Assembly (NCBI GenBank): GCA_019057385.1
Contig: JAHQJS010000006.1
Coordinates: 160,001 to 224,000 of the forward strand
Source of the DNA: Candidatus Borrarchaeum weybense
GTDB taxonomy: Archaea; Asgardarchaeota; Sifarchaeia; Borrarchaeales; Borrarchaeaceae
Direction of reading: 5' to 3'
DNA length: 64,000 nucleotides
Below are positions 17,098-26,506 of the stretch, piece by piece; position 1 is the first letter of the stretch; each line of letters opens with the position of its first letter. Both the position numbers and the translations under genes were made by a program. Below the pieces are notes generated by a model that was not told the DNA's origin, ran no database searches, and worked only from the letters and a program-made list of their open reading frames with translations.

Positions 17098-19683
17098 TTA
17101 TTGCGTTGCGGTGATAGTAGGACTCTCTAATCCAGATAATCTTCTATAAAAATCGTTTACTATGGATGCAAATTTATGACTGTCAATAGCGGAAAGCGAA
17201 ACTATGTGGAGTTTATCCTTGAGCTCGGGAACAAGTTCTTTTAGCAACATTATTCTTTTTTCTGCTTTCGAGAAACCGTCTATATATTTACAAGATTCTT
17301 TCTGACACCCTATTACTAACACTCCGTCGAAACCTTGTTCGAAGGAATAGAGTACGAAGCGCACGTCGACTCTTCCCGTACAGGGCACCTTTACAATCAA
17401 AACGTTTGGCGTGTACTGTATTTTCTTTAGACCTGCGTCATCGGCTGCTGAGTAACCGCACGACTCGCATGCAAAGGCGATAATTTTTGGCGATTGTGAA
17501 AATTTTGAGTATGTTTCAATTGTTTTCATCATTTTGAGCGTAGTATCAATCTGCATTTCAATTGCTTTCGTCGGACAAACTGCAACGCAAATGCCGCATC
17601 CCTTACAACTAAATTGATCGATAATTACGTCTTCCGAATCAATGGAAATAGCCCTGTAGGGACATGAAGTAACGCACAATCCGCAGAATCCACATTTGTT
17701 AGTATCTATTGTGATGCCATGAATTTCTGGTATCAAATGATCTTTTGACAAGAGACCGATAACCTTTATCGCAACATCATTTGTTGCAGAAATCGTGGTT
17801 TTATAATCCGCTGGTCCTCTTACAGAACCACAGCCAAAAATACCCGAAGCTAATGTAATGTCTGACATAAATCCTTTAGAATCTAAACTGAAGTCTAAGG
17901 CCGATTCTCTCAGTTCTTTTAAGCTTTTGTTAGGGACCATACCAATGTTTAGAATAATCATGTCGGTTTCAAAACGATCTGATTCTGTCGCTATATATTT
18001 CCTAGTCCCCTCTACTTCGATTTTAAGGATTTTTGCCCAATGAAAAATCTTATGTTCTGGCGTAAACCACATAACTGGGTTCTGTGGTATTCTACTGATA
18101 TCATAGAATACATGAAGTTCGCATTCTGGTAACCTCTTTTCGATTTCATCAATGTACTTTTTAGTAAGGGTACAACAATAGGTAGAGCATTTATCGGTTC
18201 CCCCGACACACTGGATTATTGCTATACTCTTTGGTGGGTTTCCATCAGAAAGTTTGATCAGTTTACCCCTAGTAGGACCATCAGAAGCTAGAATCCTTTC
18301 AAACTCAGCTGATGTCAACACATCATTTTGAGGGTTATGTTGATATGCTGACAAATCTTGAAATAAGTCAGAACCAATTGCTAGCACCTTTGCCCCTACA
18401 TTGATTCTCAATTTTTTGGTTTTTTCTTCTAAGTTAATGGCGTTCGTCGGACAAGATTCTTCACACAGTCTACAGTTTCTACAATCTTCAATAGATTCTT
18501 CATCTATGACAGAGGCGTAGGGATATGCATTTGAAAAAGGGATATGGATGAACTTTCTTTGCTTAAGTCCGAATTCATATTCATCTGGTTTTTCATTTGG
18601 ACACACATTGGAGCATCTCTTACAACCGGTACAATCATCCACGTCGACAAATCTAGGATGGATTAGCAATTCAATTTCAAAATTACCAACGTGCCCAGAC
18701 ACTCTTTCGACAGTGGTGTTTGTAAAAATCTTCACATTTTTCTCTTTCACGACTCGGCTAATTAACTCTGTAAGATAACATGACGCACACTCTTTAACAT
18801 CATGAATAGTACTCCATCTTGCAATCTTTCCACCTAACGTTGGGGATTTTTCGATGAGGATAACTTCCAAGCCCGCCCTTGCAAATGATAAAGCTAAGCT
18901 TATACCCGCAAGTCCACCTCCAATCACTGCAACACTTTTTTGAGTTCTTATAATTTCTTTTACTTTGATGTCTTCTTGAAGAATAACCCGATTAACAGCG
19001 GCTTCTATTAAGATCTTTGCTTTTTCAAGAGCGATTTGTGGTTCTGAATCATTGACCCAGACACATTGCTCCCTGATATTGGCAAATTCTGTGTTTTTGA
19101 TTACTTCAACTGGGAGAAGTCCTTCGAAGATGTCCGCAACCACGAATGAATGAGTTCTTGGTGAGCATGAAGCAACCACGATGCGATTAATAAAGAACTG
19201 ATCAACCCATTCCTCTTTTATGCCCTCCACTTCTCTTATATCACACAATCTATCAACAATGCGTACCGAAACAACGTTTTTTAGAGAGGCAACATACCTC
19301 TTTAAGTCAGCGACATCTAATACACAAGATATTTCTTCAGCACATAAACAGATGATGACACCTATGCGTAGTATTCCTACTTTGGTGATGTCATCTTTGT
19401 CGATTTGATCAAATTGCGCTGTCCCAGAAAGGATGTTATCATTTAATTTCATGATTTTTAGAGCCAATTTGCCTTCTTCAGTCAACATATAGTTCTTTCC
19501 GCTCTTTTTAATCAAATCTCCCATCTTTTTCAGATGGAAGTTAAGTTTCCCCGACGTTTCCAACTTCAACAGCGGCAGAAAAGCGGAAAAAGACAAAACC
19601 CCTTCTCTCTCAAGGAATTGGAGTATTTTTTGCCTTGTTGGATGTGAAAGAACTGAATATAATTCCATAATTGTTAACTCCAT
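17098..19683 (-). CDS. Winged-helix (ArsR-like) DNA-binding domain fused to HdrA and MvhD
   Basis: aa 1-80 carry LSHPTRQKIL...SGKLNFHLKKM.DLI....Y.LTEEG (wHTH). HdrA motifs follow (CLC, SCSPRTH, NIREQC, GGGLAG, CASC, ferredoxins, EFER, QCVG..CS..CC). The C-terminus is MvhD (CESCGY.AAD, VPCTGRV, GC....C). Confidence 0.9.
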   Translation of the reverse strand: MELTIMELYSVLSHPTRQKILQFLEREGVLSFSAFLPLLKLETSGKLNFHLKKMGDLIKKSGKNYMLTEEGKLALKIMKLNDNILSGTAQFDQIDKDDITKVGILRIGVIICLCAEEISCVLDVADLKRYVASLKNVVSVRIVDRLCDIREVEGIKEEWVDQFFINRIVVASCSPRTHSFVVADIFEGLLPVEVIKNTEFANIREQCVWVNDSEPQIALEKAKILIEAAVNRVILQEDIKVKEIIRTQKSVAVIGGGLAGISLALSFARAGLEVILIEKSPTLGGKIARWSTIHDVKECASCYLTELISRVVKEKNVKIFTNTTVERVSGHVGNFEIELLIHPRFVDVDDCTGCKRCSNVCPNEKPDEYEFGLKQRKFIHIPFSNAYPYASVIDEESIEDCRNCRLCEESCPTNAINLEEKTKKLRINVGAKVLAIGSDLFQDLSAYQHNPQNDVLTSAEFERILASDGPTRGKLIKLSDGNPPKSIAIIQCVGGTDKCSTYCCTLTKKYIDEIEKRLPECELHVFYDISRIPQNPVMWFTPEHKIFHWAKILKIEVEGTRKYIATESDRFETDMIILNIGMVPNKSLKELRESALDFSLDSKGFMSDITLASGIFGCGSVRGPADYKTTISATNDVAIKVIGLLSKDHLIPEIHGITIDTNKCGFCGLCVTSCPYRAISIDSEDVIIDQFSCKGCGICVAVCPTKAIEMQIDTTLKMMKTIETYSKFSQSPKIIAFACESCGYSAADDAGLKKIQYTPNVLIVKVPCTGRVDVRFVLYSFEQGFDGVLVIGCQKESCKYIDGFSKAEKRIMLLKELVPELKDKLHIVSLSAIDSHKFASIVNDFYRRLSGLESPTITATQ

Positions 19684-19800
19684 TTTTCAAAAATCAATAT
19701 TTTTCCTTTTTTCCTGTTACATTCAACTGAGAGTGCAAGATTATAATCGTGAATTTTTTGTTAACTTATAAATAATTATCGATGGTTACTTACAAAAACT

Positions 19801-19915
19801 TTTTTGATAATTTTTGTTTACAAAATAGGAAAAAAAATATTTTCTTTTTCAATAGCTTAGGTTGTCTTTTGGGCGTTTAGATAAGTTGACTTTTTGTCAA
19901 TTTTTGTCGCAAAAA
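19801..19915. promoter_or_regulatory. Repeated TTTTTG-N2-AATTTTTGT motifs and a TTGAC-N5-GTCAA palindrome in a divergent promoter
   Basis: TTTTTGATAATTTTTGTTTACAAAA (19801) and TTTTTGTCAATTTTTGTCGCAAAAA (19891), 90 bp apart. Palindrome at 19886-19900. Confidence 0.45.
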
Positions 19916-20034
19916 TTTAGAAACAAAATTTTTGGACAGAATTATATATTCTTGCATATATGGTTGAAATAACACTGAAAAAATTCAATTGGTGAAAATT
20001 ATCAATTAAAATCACTTAAAACTAATATGGAGGA

Positions 20035-20403
20035 ATGTTAATGGCTCAAATTGAAGTTTCTGAAGAAATCAAAAATAAAACTCCTGAAACAAACAATTTC
20101 GCGTGCCCAAACTGGGATACCTGTACTGTCCACCGATGTGATATCTGCGCTTTTGGTAAAAGCTTGACCTATGAATCGGTAAAAACCGCTAATGAACCAA
20201 ATTTAGCATATTCATGTGAAACATTTGGCCAATATGACGTAAAAAATCTAATCTGTAGCAGATGCCCCCTTAAACTGAATTGTATGGAAGAAAAAGAAAA
20301 AAGGCAAGCCTACCTAAACTCTCTGGCAGAAATGGAATCTTTGGTAGGATTAGTTCAGAAGAAAATCGCAGAATCCAAAGTCAATCTGGGAATCAAACTT
20401 TAA
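20035..20403 (+). CDS. Small Cys-rich (8 Cys) putative metal/Fe-S-binding protein
   Basis: GGAGG SD. Motifs CPNWDTC..HRCDIC and CETFGQYD...ICSRCPLKLNC. Confidence 0.75.
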   Translation: MLMAQIEVSEEIKNKTPETNNFACPNWDTCTVHRCDICAFGKSLTYESVKTANEPNLAYSCETFGQYDVKNLICSRCPLKLNCMEEKEKRQAYLNSLAEMESLVGLVQKKIAESKVNLGIKL

Positions 20404-20558
20404 TCGAATGATTCCCCTATTTTTGCCCCTCACTCTTTTTAATCATTATTTTTATGAATCTTTTAAGAAGAAAACTGTATCTTTTTAATCATTAATGCGT
20501 ATTTCGATCGTACATTTCTAAACTGTTGTGAGAGTCTAAAATAAATAAAATATGAAGT

Positions 20559-21884
20559 TTAGGCTTTTTTCTTAGCCTTTAGTTCTTTTACCCTTATCAA
20601 CAATCGTTCTAAGATTTCTTTGTCCGATAAGCATCCTTCTGGCGCTTCTATTACTTTCTTAACGCGAATGGGAACCCCATCCATTCTGTAACCCGTGCCT
20701 TCCGCCTCAATGCCCGCTATCGAGCATGGAAGCAATACATCCGCTAGCTCTGTCGTAGGTGTTTGATGAGGGTCAATTGCTATAAGAGGGATTTCTGCTA
20801 GACGTTTTGCTGCTTTTAATGGAAAATTAGCTACGGCATCCGCCGCAATAACAAGAGCAGCGTCAACCTCTCCTTTTGCCAACACTTCATTTGAGGTAAA
20901 TTCGCCCGGTCCATACCTTGGATAGCCCCTGCTGAAATCAACTGCAAAGGGATATCCTGTTATCCACGTTAGGACCTGACCAATGCCAGTTACATTCCAG
21001 TGTCCTCGCATCGGACAGATCAAAAATTTGGTGAAAGCAGCGAGATCTCGAACAAGACTTAAGGCGATATCAATATTTCTATGCTTTCCGCTACTCATGG
21101 TAAGCCCAAGACCGAAAAAGACAATTCCCATTTTGCTATTCTTTAAGATATTAACGAGCTCAATTATTTCTTCCTTAGAAACTCCACCTACCTCATCAAC
21201 AGCAAGTTCATTGCCTGCTAACACTGTTCTAACAGCACTTATTACTTCGAAATCTGTACCCGGTTTCGGTTGAATGAAGAGATTTGCCAATTTCGCAGTG
21301 TGGGTTTCTCTGGGGTCTACCACTACCATGAGTCTGTCTTTAACACCACGTTCCGTAAAGAATCCCCTTCGATAAACGGAATATCTACTCATATGACGGG
21401 GATGAGCATGAACTGGATTGCAGCCCCAATAGATGATTAAGTCTGCTCGATTCATGATTTCTCCTAAGGTTGCTCCTGATAATCCAATATCCTGCACTCC
21501 TAAAATAGACGGACCGTGACATACAGAAGCGGTCTGATCTATACAACCACCTACTTCTTCGGCTAATGCTACTCCTATGCTTTGGGCCTCGCATTCTGTT
21601 GAAGCCCATCCATAAAGCAACGGCCATTCTGCATTCACTAAAAACTGTGCTGCCTTTTCTATGGCTTCATCTAATTCAACTTCTTTGAGCTTCCCATTTT
21701 CTCTTATCATCGGAGCAGTGATTCTGTGAGATACGTTGTTGGCTGACATGAATTTTGCTGTACCGAGGACACAGGCATTTGCAGTTTCCACAATCTTACC
21801 ATTTTCCACATAAATTTCAATATCGTCGCATAAACATCCACAAAAAGGACAAATGACATTTTTAACAACAGTTTGTTTGCTCAT
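20559..21884 (-). CDS. fwdB: Formylmethanofuran dehydrogenase subunit B (Cys form)
   Basis: CPFCGCLCDD, CHGPS, NRADL..YWGCNP.HAHPRH.SRY, MRGH.NV, YRMDGVP. Confidence 0.96.
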   Translation of the reverse strand: MSKQTVVKNVICPFCGCLCDDIEIYVENGKIVETANACVLGTAKFMSANNVSHRITAPMIRENGKLKEVELDEAIEKAAQFLVNAEWPLLYGWASTECEAQSIGVALAEEVGGCIDQTASVCHGPSILGVQDIGLSGATLGEIMNRADLIIYWGCNPVHAHPRHMSRYSVYRRGFFTERGVKDRLMVVVDPRETHTAKLANLFIQPKPGTDFEVISAVRTVLAGNELAVDEVGGVSKEEIIELVNILKNSKMGIVFFGLGLTMSSGKHRNIDIALSLVRDLAAFTKFLICPMRGHWNVTGIGQVLTWITGYPFAVDFSRGYPRYGPGEFTSNEVLAKGEVDAALVIAADAVANFPLKAAKRLAEIPLIAIDPHQTPTTELADVLLPCSIAGIEAEGTGYRMDGVPIRVKKVIEAPEGCLSDKEILERLLIRVKELKAKKKA

Positions 21885-21900
21885 CCTTTAGTTCACTCCC

Positions 21901-22311
21901 TCACTTTTTGAGCGGCATTATTTTTTTCATTAGTGCAGTAGGGGCTGGCACCCTTTCATTTGGAGCAGGTTCAATAATAGCTTCGATTCCTTTATAGGAT
22001 GGCATTCCTGTGCTATCAGTCTCTGGATTGACCACAGCATTTGCGTAAAGCCCCATTGGAATGAATACAATTCCTCTGTGTGGGGCCTGAGTTGATTCAA
22101 TTCCGCTTACTAAGACTTCACCATAATCAGTTTTAACTTTCACAGTATCGCCATCGTAAATTCCTAGTTCCTTCATGTCATCCGGGTCGATATCACATAC
22201 AGCAGTGCTCAGGACGTATCCTCGTGTGAGTTTTTCACCTTCTAACGCTACTCCTTGCTCAATCGATCGACCGGTAAGAAGGGTGACCTTTTTTGATTTT
22301 TTCATTCCCAT
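21901..22311 (-). CDS. fwdD: Formylmethanofuran dehydrogenase subunit D
   Basis: TGRSI.QG, FIPMG..AN, TGMPSYKG. Adjacent to fwdB. Confidence 0.93.
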   Translation of the reverse strand: MGMKKSKKVTLLTGRSIEQGVALEGEKLTRGYVLSTAVCDIDPDDMKELGIYDGDTVKVKTDYGEVLVSGIESTQAPHRGIVFIPMGLYANAVVNPETDSTGMPSYKGIEAIIEPAPNERVPAPTALMKKIMPLKK

Positions 22312-22409
22312 CTCTTTTCACCATGTTCCTACTGGAAATTTAAGAGGGTATCTTGAAAACTAATATGGATGAATAGTAGGATCTAGTCAACAAATTTTCA
22401 AGTAATGGT

Positions 22410-22449
22410 CTTTCAAATATGTACAATTTGAAAGTTGTCGAAACTTTCA
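22410..22449. promoter_or_regulatory. Overlapping inverted repeats upstream of fwdD
   Basis: CTTTCAAAT-N7-ATTTGAAAG (22410-22434) and TGAAAGTT-N5-AACTTTCA (22429-22449). Confidence 0.45.
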
Positions 22450-22914
22450 CACTCATCTTTCCATTTAAATTTTGCTCATTTTAATGTTTTGAATAGTACA
22501 TTTAGAATATATAAAAAGAATCAATCAACTTCTAAGATGAGAGGCTTATTGTTATTTTCCATGAACAGAAATAGATTGCTTTAGAGCTAAAGTAGAATTT
22601 TTGCCAAAAACAGCACATATAAAGAACCTGTGCTTCTAATACTATATGATGAAAAGTGCAAAGGAGAACAGAGGAACAGATACTAGCTAGACGATATACA
22701 ACCACTTTACGCGTTTCAATGATTTAGTGACTAAAAATACAACTTTTGTTGACCTTGTAATCTTTTTGAAGCCTCATCCTATTCTAATTAAGCGACTGGG
22801 TGTAAACTTCATAAAAAGGTAAATGCTTAAATATCCAAATACTGCTTAAAGGACTGTTGATCGCCTTAATTTTGGGTGATTATCGGCAAACTCCTATGAG
22901 CTTGAGGGACGTTA

Positions 22915-23157
22915 ATGCCTTACGAAATTGTTATCAATGAAAGATTGTGTCATGGATGTGGAGATTGTTACACTGCATGTCCAAAGACTCAATTGTGTTT
23001 AATAAATGAAGATCATGAAAACCTAATTTTTGTTGTTAAAAAAGGGAAGGCTCATGTTGTAAACTCAAAGTTATGTGACGGATGCGGAATGTGTATTGAA
23101 GCTTGCCCTGTTCAAGCAATAAAAATAATCATTTCTGCAAAAGAGGTGCCTCGCTAA
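22915..23157 (+). CDS. fwdG: 2[4Fe-4S] ferredoxin, FwdG-like
   Basis: CHGCGDCYTACP and CDGCGMCIEACP, in fwd context. Confidence 0.8.
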   Translation: MPYEIVINERLCHGCGDCYTACPKTQLCLINEDHENLIFVVKKGKAHVVNSKLCDGCGMCIEACPVQAIKIIISAKEVPR

Positions 23158-23915
23158 TGTTACCGTTACATAGAAAAATTGTTGAACCTGATACGATCAC
23201 AGCAGAATTTAAACTCTTGACGATTGATCTGAAACTTAATTATGACAGAGCACATTGTACAGGTTGTGGTACGTGCATCTTAGTTTGTCCAAAAAATGCT
23301 ATTGAAAGAGGACCTGTAGGCGCTTCCATTAAAGGGGATACCGACACACCTGCAATACTGATCGATGAAAATAAGTGCGTTTACTGTGGCACTTGCGCTT
23401 ATATGTGTCCTTTCTTTGCCTTGAAATTGGAGATAAATGGCGAGCCTAAAAATTTGCTTGCTGAAAACAAAGCGGTTCCGCCATTACCCACAGACTTTGT
23501 CGACCTCGAAAGGAGAAAAGGAATGAAGGCACGAAAGTTATTCAATGGTAAGATAAAACTCTATCCAGAAAATTGCCCTGGAGGTTGTTCGACTTGCGCA
23601 AACATTTGCCCCACTGGAGCACTTTACGTACCACATCCTAAAGAAGGTGGAGAACGAGTTGATAAAATTGCGCTTGACGAATCGAAATGTATCTATTGTG
23701 GAGCCTGTGTTAACGCATGCCCAACAAAATGTACAATAATGAGGGATGAAGATCAGTGTCTTTTTGATACCGAATGCCCTATCGTATGTGTAAACGAATG
23801 TCCTATTGAATTAGAACGTGAAGTCATTTACGATGAAGAAGGGGAATATACAGAATTTTGGCTTAATATAGTAGAAAAATTAAGATCTCCCCTTAAATTC
23901 TACGAACGTGAGTAA
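23157..23915 (+). CDS. fwdF: Polyferredoxin, FwdF-like
   Basis: Four or more CxxCxxCxxxCP motifs, including CPGGCSTC. ATG 23157 overlaps the upstream TAA. Confidence 0.8.
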   Translation: MLPLHRKIVEPDTITAEFKLLTIDLKLNYDRAHCTGCGTCILVCPKNAIERGPVGASIKGDTDTPAILIDENKCVYCGTCAYMCPFFALKLEINGEPKNLLAENKAVPPLPTDFVDLERRKGMKARKLFNGKIKLYPENCPGGCSTCANICPTGALYVPHPKEGGERVDKIALDESKCIYCGACVNACPTKCTIMRDEDQCLFDTECPIVCVNECPIELEREVIYDEEGEYTEFWLNIVEKLRSPLKFYERE

Positions 23916-23976
23916 TGGAATCAAAGAAGAATATTTCGTCACTTTGGAGGTGGTGATAAGAATTTCAGAAGAAGAA

Positions 23977-25950
23977 ATGCGCATTGGAGTTTTCGTTTGT
24001 CGTTGAGGTTTCCAAATTGCAGCTTACGTTGATGTTCCAGCATTAACTGAGTACGCAACTACACTTCCGAACGTTGTACTTGCAGAACAAAATCTCTCTC
24101 TTTGCACAACAGCAGGAGCAGACCTTATAAAGGATAAAATCGTGGTTTACAATTTGGACCGCATCGTTGTCGCGTCCTGTACGCCAAAAACACATGAACC
24201 CGTTTTCAGATCTATACTCAGTGATTTGGGGATGAGTCCTAGTTTCCTAGAGTTCGTAAACATCAGAGAACATGTTGCTTCGGTACATATGGAGACCCCA
24301 AAGAAAGCCTTAGAAAAAGCAAAAGAATTATTGCGGGCTGGCGTAGCCCGTGCGGCGGAGCTTGAAGACGTTCCTAGAAGGGTTATCAGTGTAAATCCGA
24401 CTGCCTTAGTGATCGGTGGCGGGATCGGTGGATTAACTGCAGCATTGAATTTAGGAGATGAAGGAATACAGGTTTATCTCGTCGAAAAGGCACCAAGCGT
24501 TGGTGGACACATGGCAATGCTCGATCGCACGTATCCCACTGATGATTGCAGTATCTGAATCTTGGGTCCAGTAATGCTGGAAGTCGATAGACATCCTAAC
24601 ATTGAAGTTATGAGTTATTCTGAAGTGAAAAGCGTTTCAGGCGTGATCGGTGATTTCGCAGTTACAGTTGAACATAGACCAAGATACGTCAATGAGATAA
24701 GGTGTAATGGATGTGGAGTTTGTATGGATGTTTGTCCGGTCTATGCACCTAATGAGTTCGACTGTAGTCTTGGACCAAGAAAAGCGGTTTATAAGCCATT
24801 TGCACAGGCAGTTCCTAATATTGCTACAATCGACATGGATTATTGTATTCGATGTAAACTCTGTGAACGCGTATGCGAATTAGAAGCAATCGATTTTAAT
24901 CAGCACCTCAAGGAAACAGAATTACATGTAGGGACAATTATCGTTGCTACCGGTTTCGATGAATTCAAACCCTATGGTCTATACGGCTATGGTGAATATG
25001 AGAACGTTCTAACGCAAAATGAATTCGAGCGAATATTGGCGCCGAATGGACCTTCTTCAGGCCACTTACGGAGAATTTCTGACGATAAAGAGCCAAAGCG
25101 AATTGCAATAATACAATGTGTTGGTTCTAGAGACCGAACTAAGAATCTTCACTGTTCAGGATACTGTTGCATGGTTGGGATTAAGAACGCAAAACTTGTC
25201 AAACAGCATTATCCTGATGCTGAAATCACAGTATGTTACATGGACATAAGAGCGTCTGGAAAAGATCTTGAAGAATACTACACGCGTTCTAGAAAACATA
25301 AAATAAAATATCTTCGAGGAAAAGTATCAGACGTATCAGAAGATCCAGAAACTAAAAACCTTATTGTACGCGTTGAAGACACGTTAGCAAATCAGATTAG
25401 AACAATCGAAGCGGACCTAGTTATTCTATCAGTAGCCATGGTTGCAGGCGAGGGAACAGAAAAGATAGCCGAAATTCTAAAACTTGAAAGAAGTTCTGAC
25501 GGCTTTATCAAGGAGTTCCATAACCGACTAAATCCTATTGACACCAAGATCCCCGGCATTTATATTGCGGGGGCAGCACAAGGTCCAAGAGCTATAGGTG
25601 ATACAGTCGCCTCGGCAAAGGGTGCAGCGGCAGCAGCATCGTCGCCAATGATAACGCGAAAGTACGAGATGGAACTTATCAAGGCTCTTGTTGACGAAGA
25701 AAGATGTTCAGGTTGTACTCTTTGTGTCAAAACCTGTCCATACGGTGCTATAACTATGGAGGAAGGTGTTGCAAAGGTGGATGAAGTTCTTTGCCGTGGT
25801 TGTGGTACTTGTACTTCGGTATGTCTATCGAACGCGATTGCGCTACGCTATTATAGAGATGAACAAATGGAAGCCTATATTGACGCTTTATTGGCACCAG
25901 AGGAAACCGTGACCGAGAAAGCCGTAGCGGAGGAAAAAGTAGGAGGTTAG
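23977..25950 (+). CDS. hdrA: Heterodisulfide reductase subunit A, selenoprotein with two UGA-Sec (24004-24006, 24556-24558)
   Basis: A single frame reads MRIGVFVCR-TGA-GFQIA...DDCSI-TGA-ILGP and joins ORFs 24142..24558 and 24562..25950. The paralog at 17098 has Cys at both sites (CLC, CASC). The start could be slightly upstream (GTG 23953). Confidence 0.93.
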
Positions 25951-25954
25951 AACA

Positions 25955-26410
25955 ATGGGTCAGAGTAAGAAACAGAAGGTTGATGCAATTGAGTTCGTAC
26001 CTAAAATCGTCACTTTTGCATGTTGGAAGTGAGGATACGAAGCCGCAGACATGGCTGGTGTTACAAGAACCCAGTATCCTGCCAACGTGTTGCCTATAAG
26101 GGTCCCGTGTGCTGGTCGAGTATCTCCTGACCTCATTATACGAGCGTTGAGACGAGCCGATGCTGTGATAGTTGTCGGTTGATACGAAGGCGAATGCGAC
26201 TTTGAGATTGGGAACAAGATTGCAAAAATGCAGATTGACTATCTCAAAGAAATGCTTAAGACCATCGGATTAGACGAACGTCGTATACAAATGAAATGGT
26301 GTTCCGCCGCTGAAGGCGAAAAATTCGCTCTGATGGCGAATGAAGTGACAAACGAAATCTTAGAATTAGGACCTAATCCACTAAAAAACAGACCTGCTGC
26401 AAAAGAATGA
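25955..26410 (+). CDS. mvhD: Hydrogenase [2Fe-2S] delta subunit MvhD/VhuD, selenoprotein with two UGA-Sec (26030-26032, 26180-26182)
   Basis: AGGAGG SD. Frame reads FACWK-TGA-GYEAADMAG...VPCAGRV...VVG-TGA-YEGEC...WCSAAEG. The fused paralog has CESC and GCQKESC at these positions. Confidence 0.93.
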
Positions 26411-26487
26411 AACTCATGGGAAAACTTAGTTCATGAGTTAACGCCCCTGCGAGGGGTGCGGCAGATATACCTTATCTTTATCATTCT
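26404..26487 (+). promoter_or_regulatory. Candidate SECIS-type RNA structure 3' of mvhD
   Basis: AUGA, then a 10-bp helix AACUCAUGGG/UUCAUGAGUU with an AAAA-starting loop. A second GC hairpin CGCCCCU/AGGGGUG. AGAAUGA(26404)/UCAUUCU(26481) can close the structure. Confidence 0.5.
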
Positions 26488-26506
26488 CTTAGGAGATTAT
26501 ATACAA

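Noticed and set aside
20559-21884. Sec-containing fwdB
   Set aside because: The active-site codon is Cys (CHGPS) and the frame is uninterrupted.
22690-22713. ModE-like box upstream of fwdG
   Set aside because: Only one half-site (CGATATACA) matches.
23953-23979. Non-canonical ATT start for hdrA (MSEEEMRIG)
   Set aside because: The SD spacing is suggestive, but in-frame GTG and ATG alternatives exist and the sequence cannot decide between them.
25960-26217. 85-aa minus-strand ORF
   Set aside because: Antisense shadow of the Sec-containing mvhD.
23977-26410. hdrA/mvhD as nonsense pseudogenes, or genome-wide UGA reassignment
   Set aside because: All four stops are TGA at Cys-homologous positions with no other lesions, and TGA is a normal stop elsewhere (3174, 4247, 38960, 40203).
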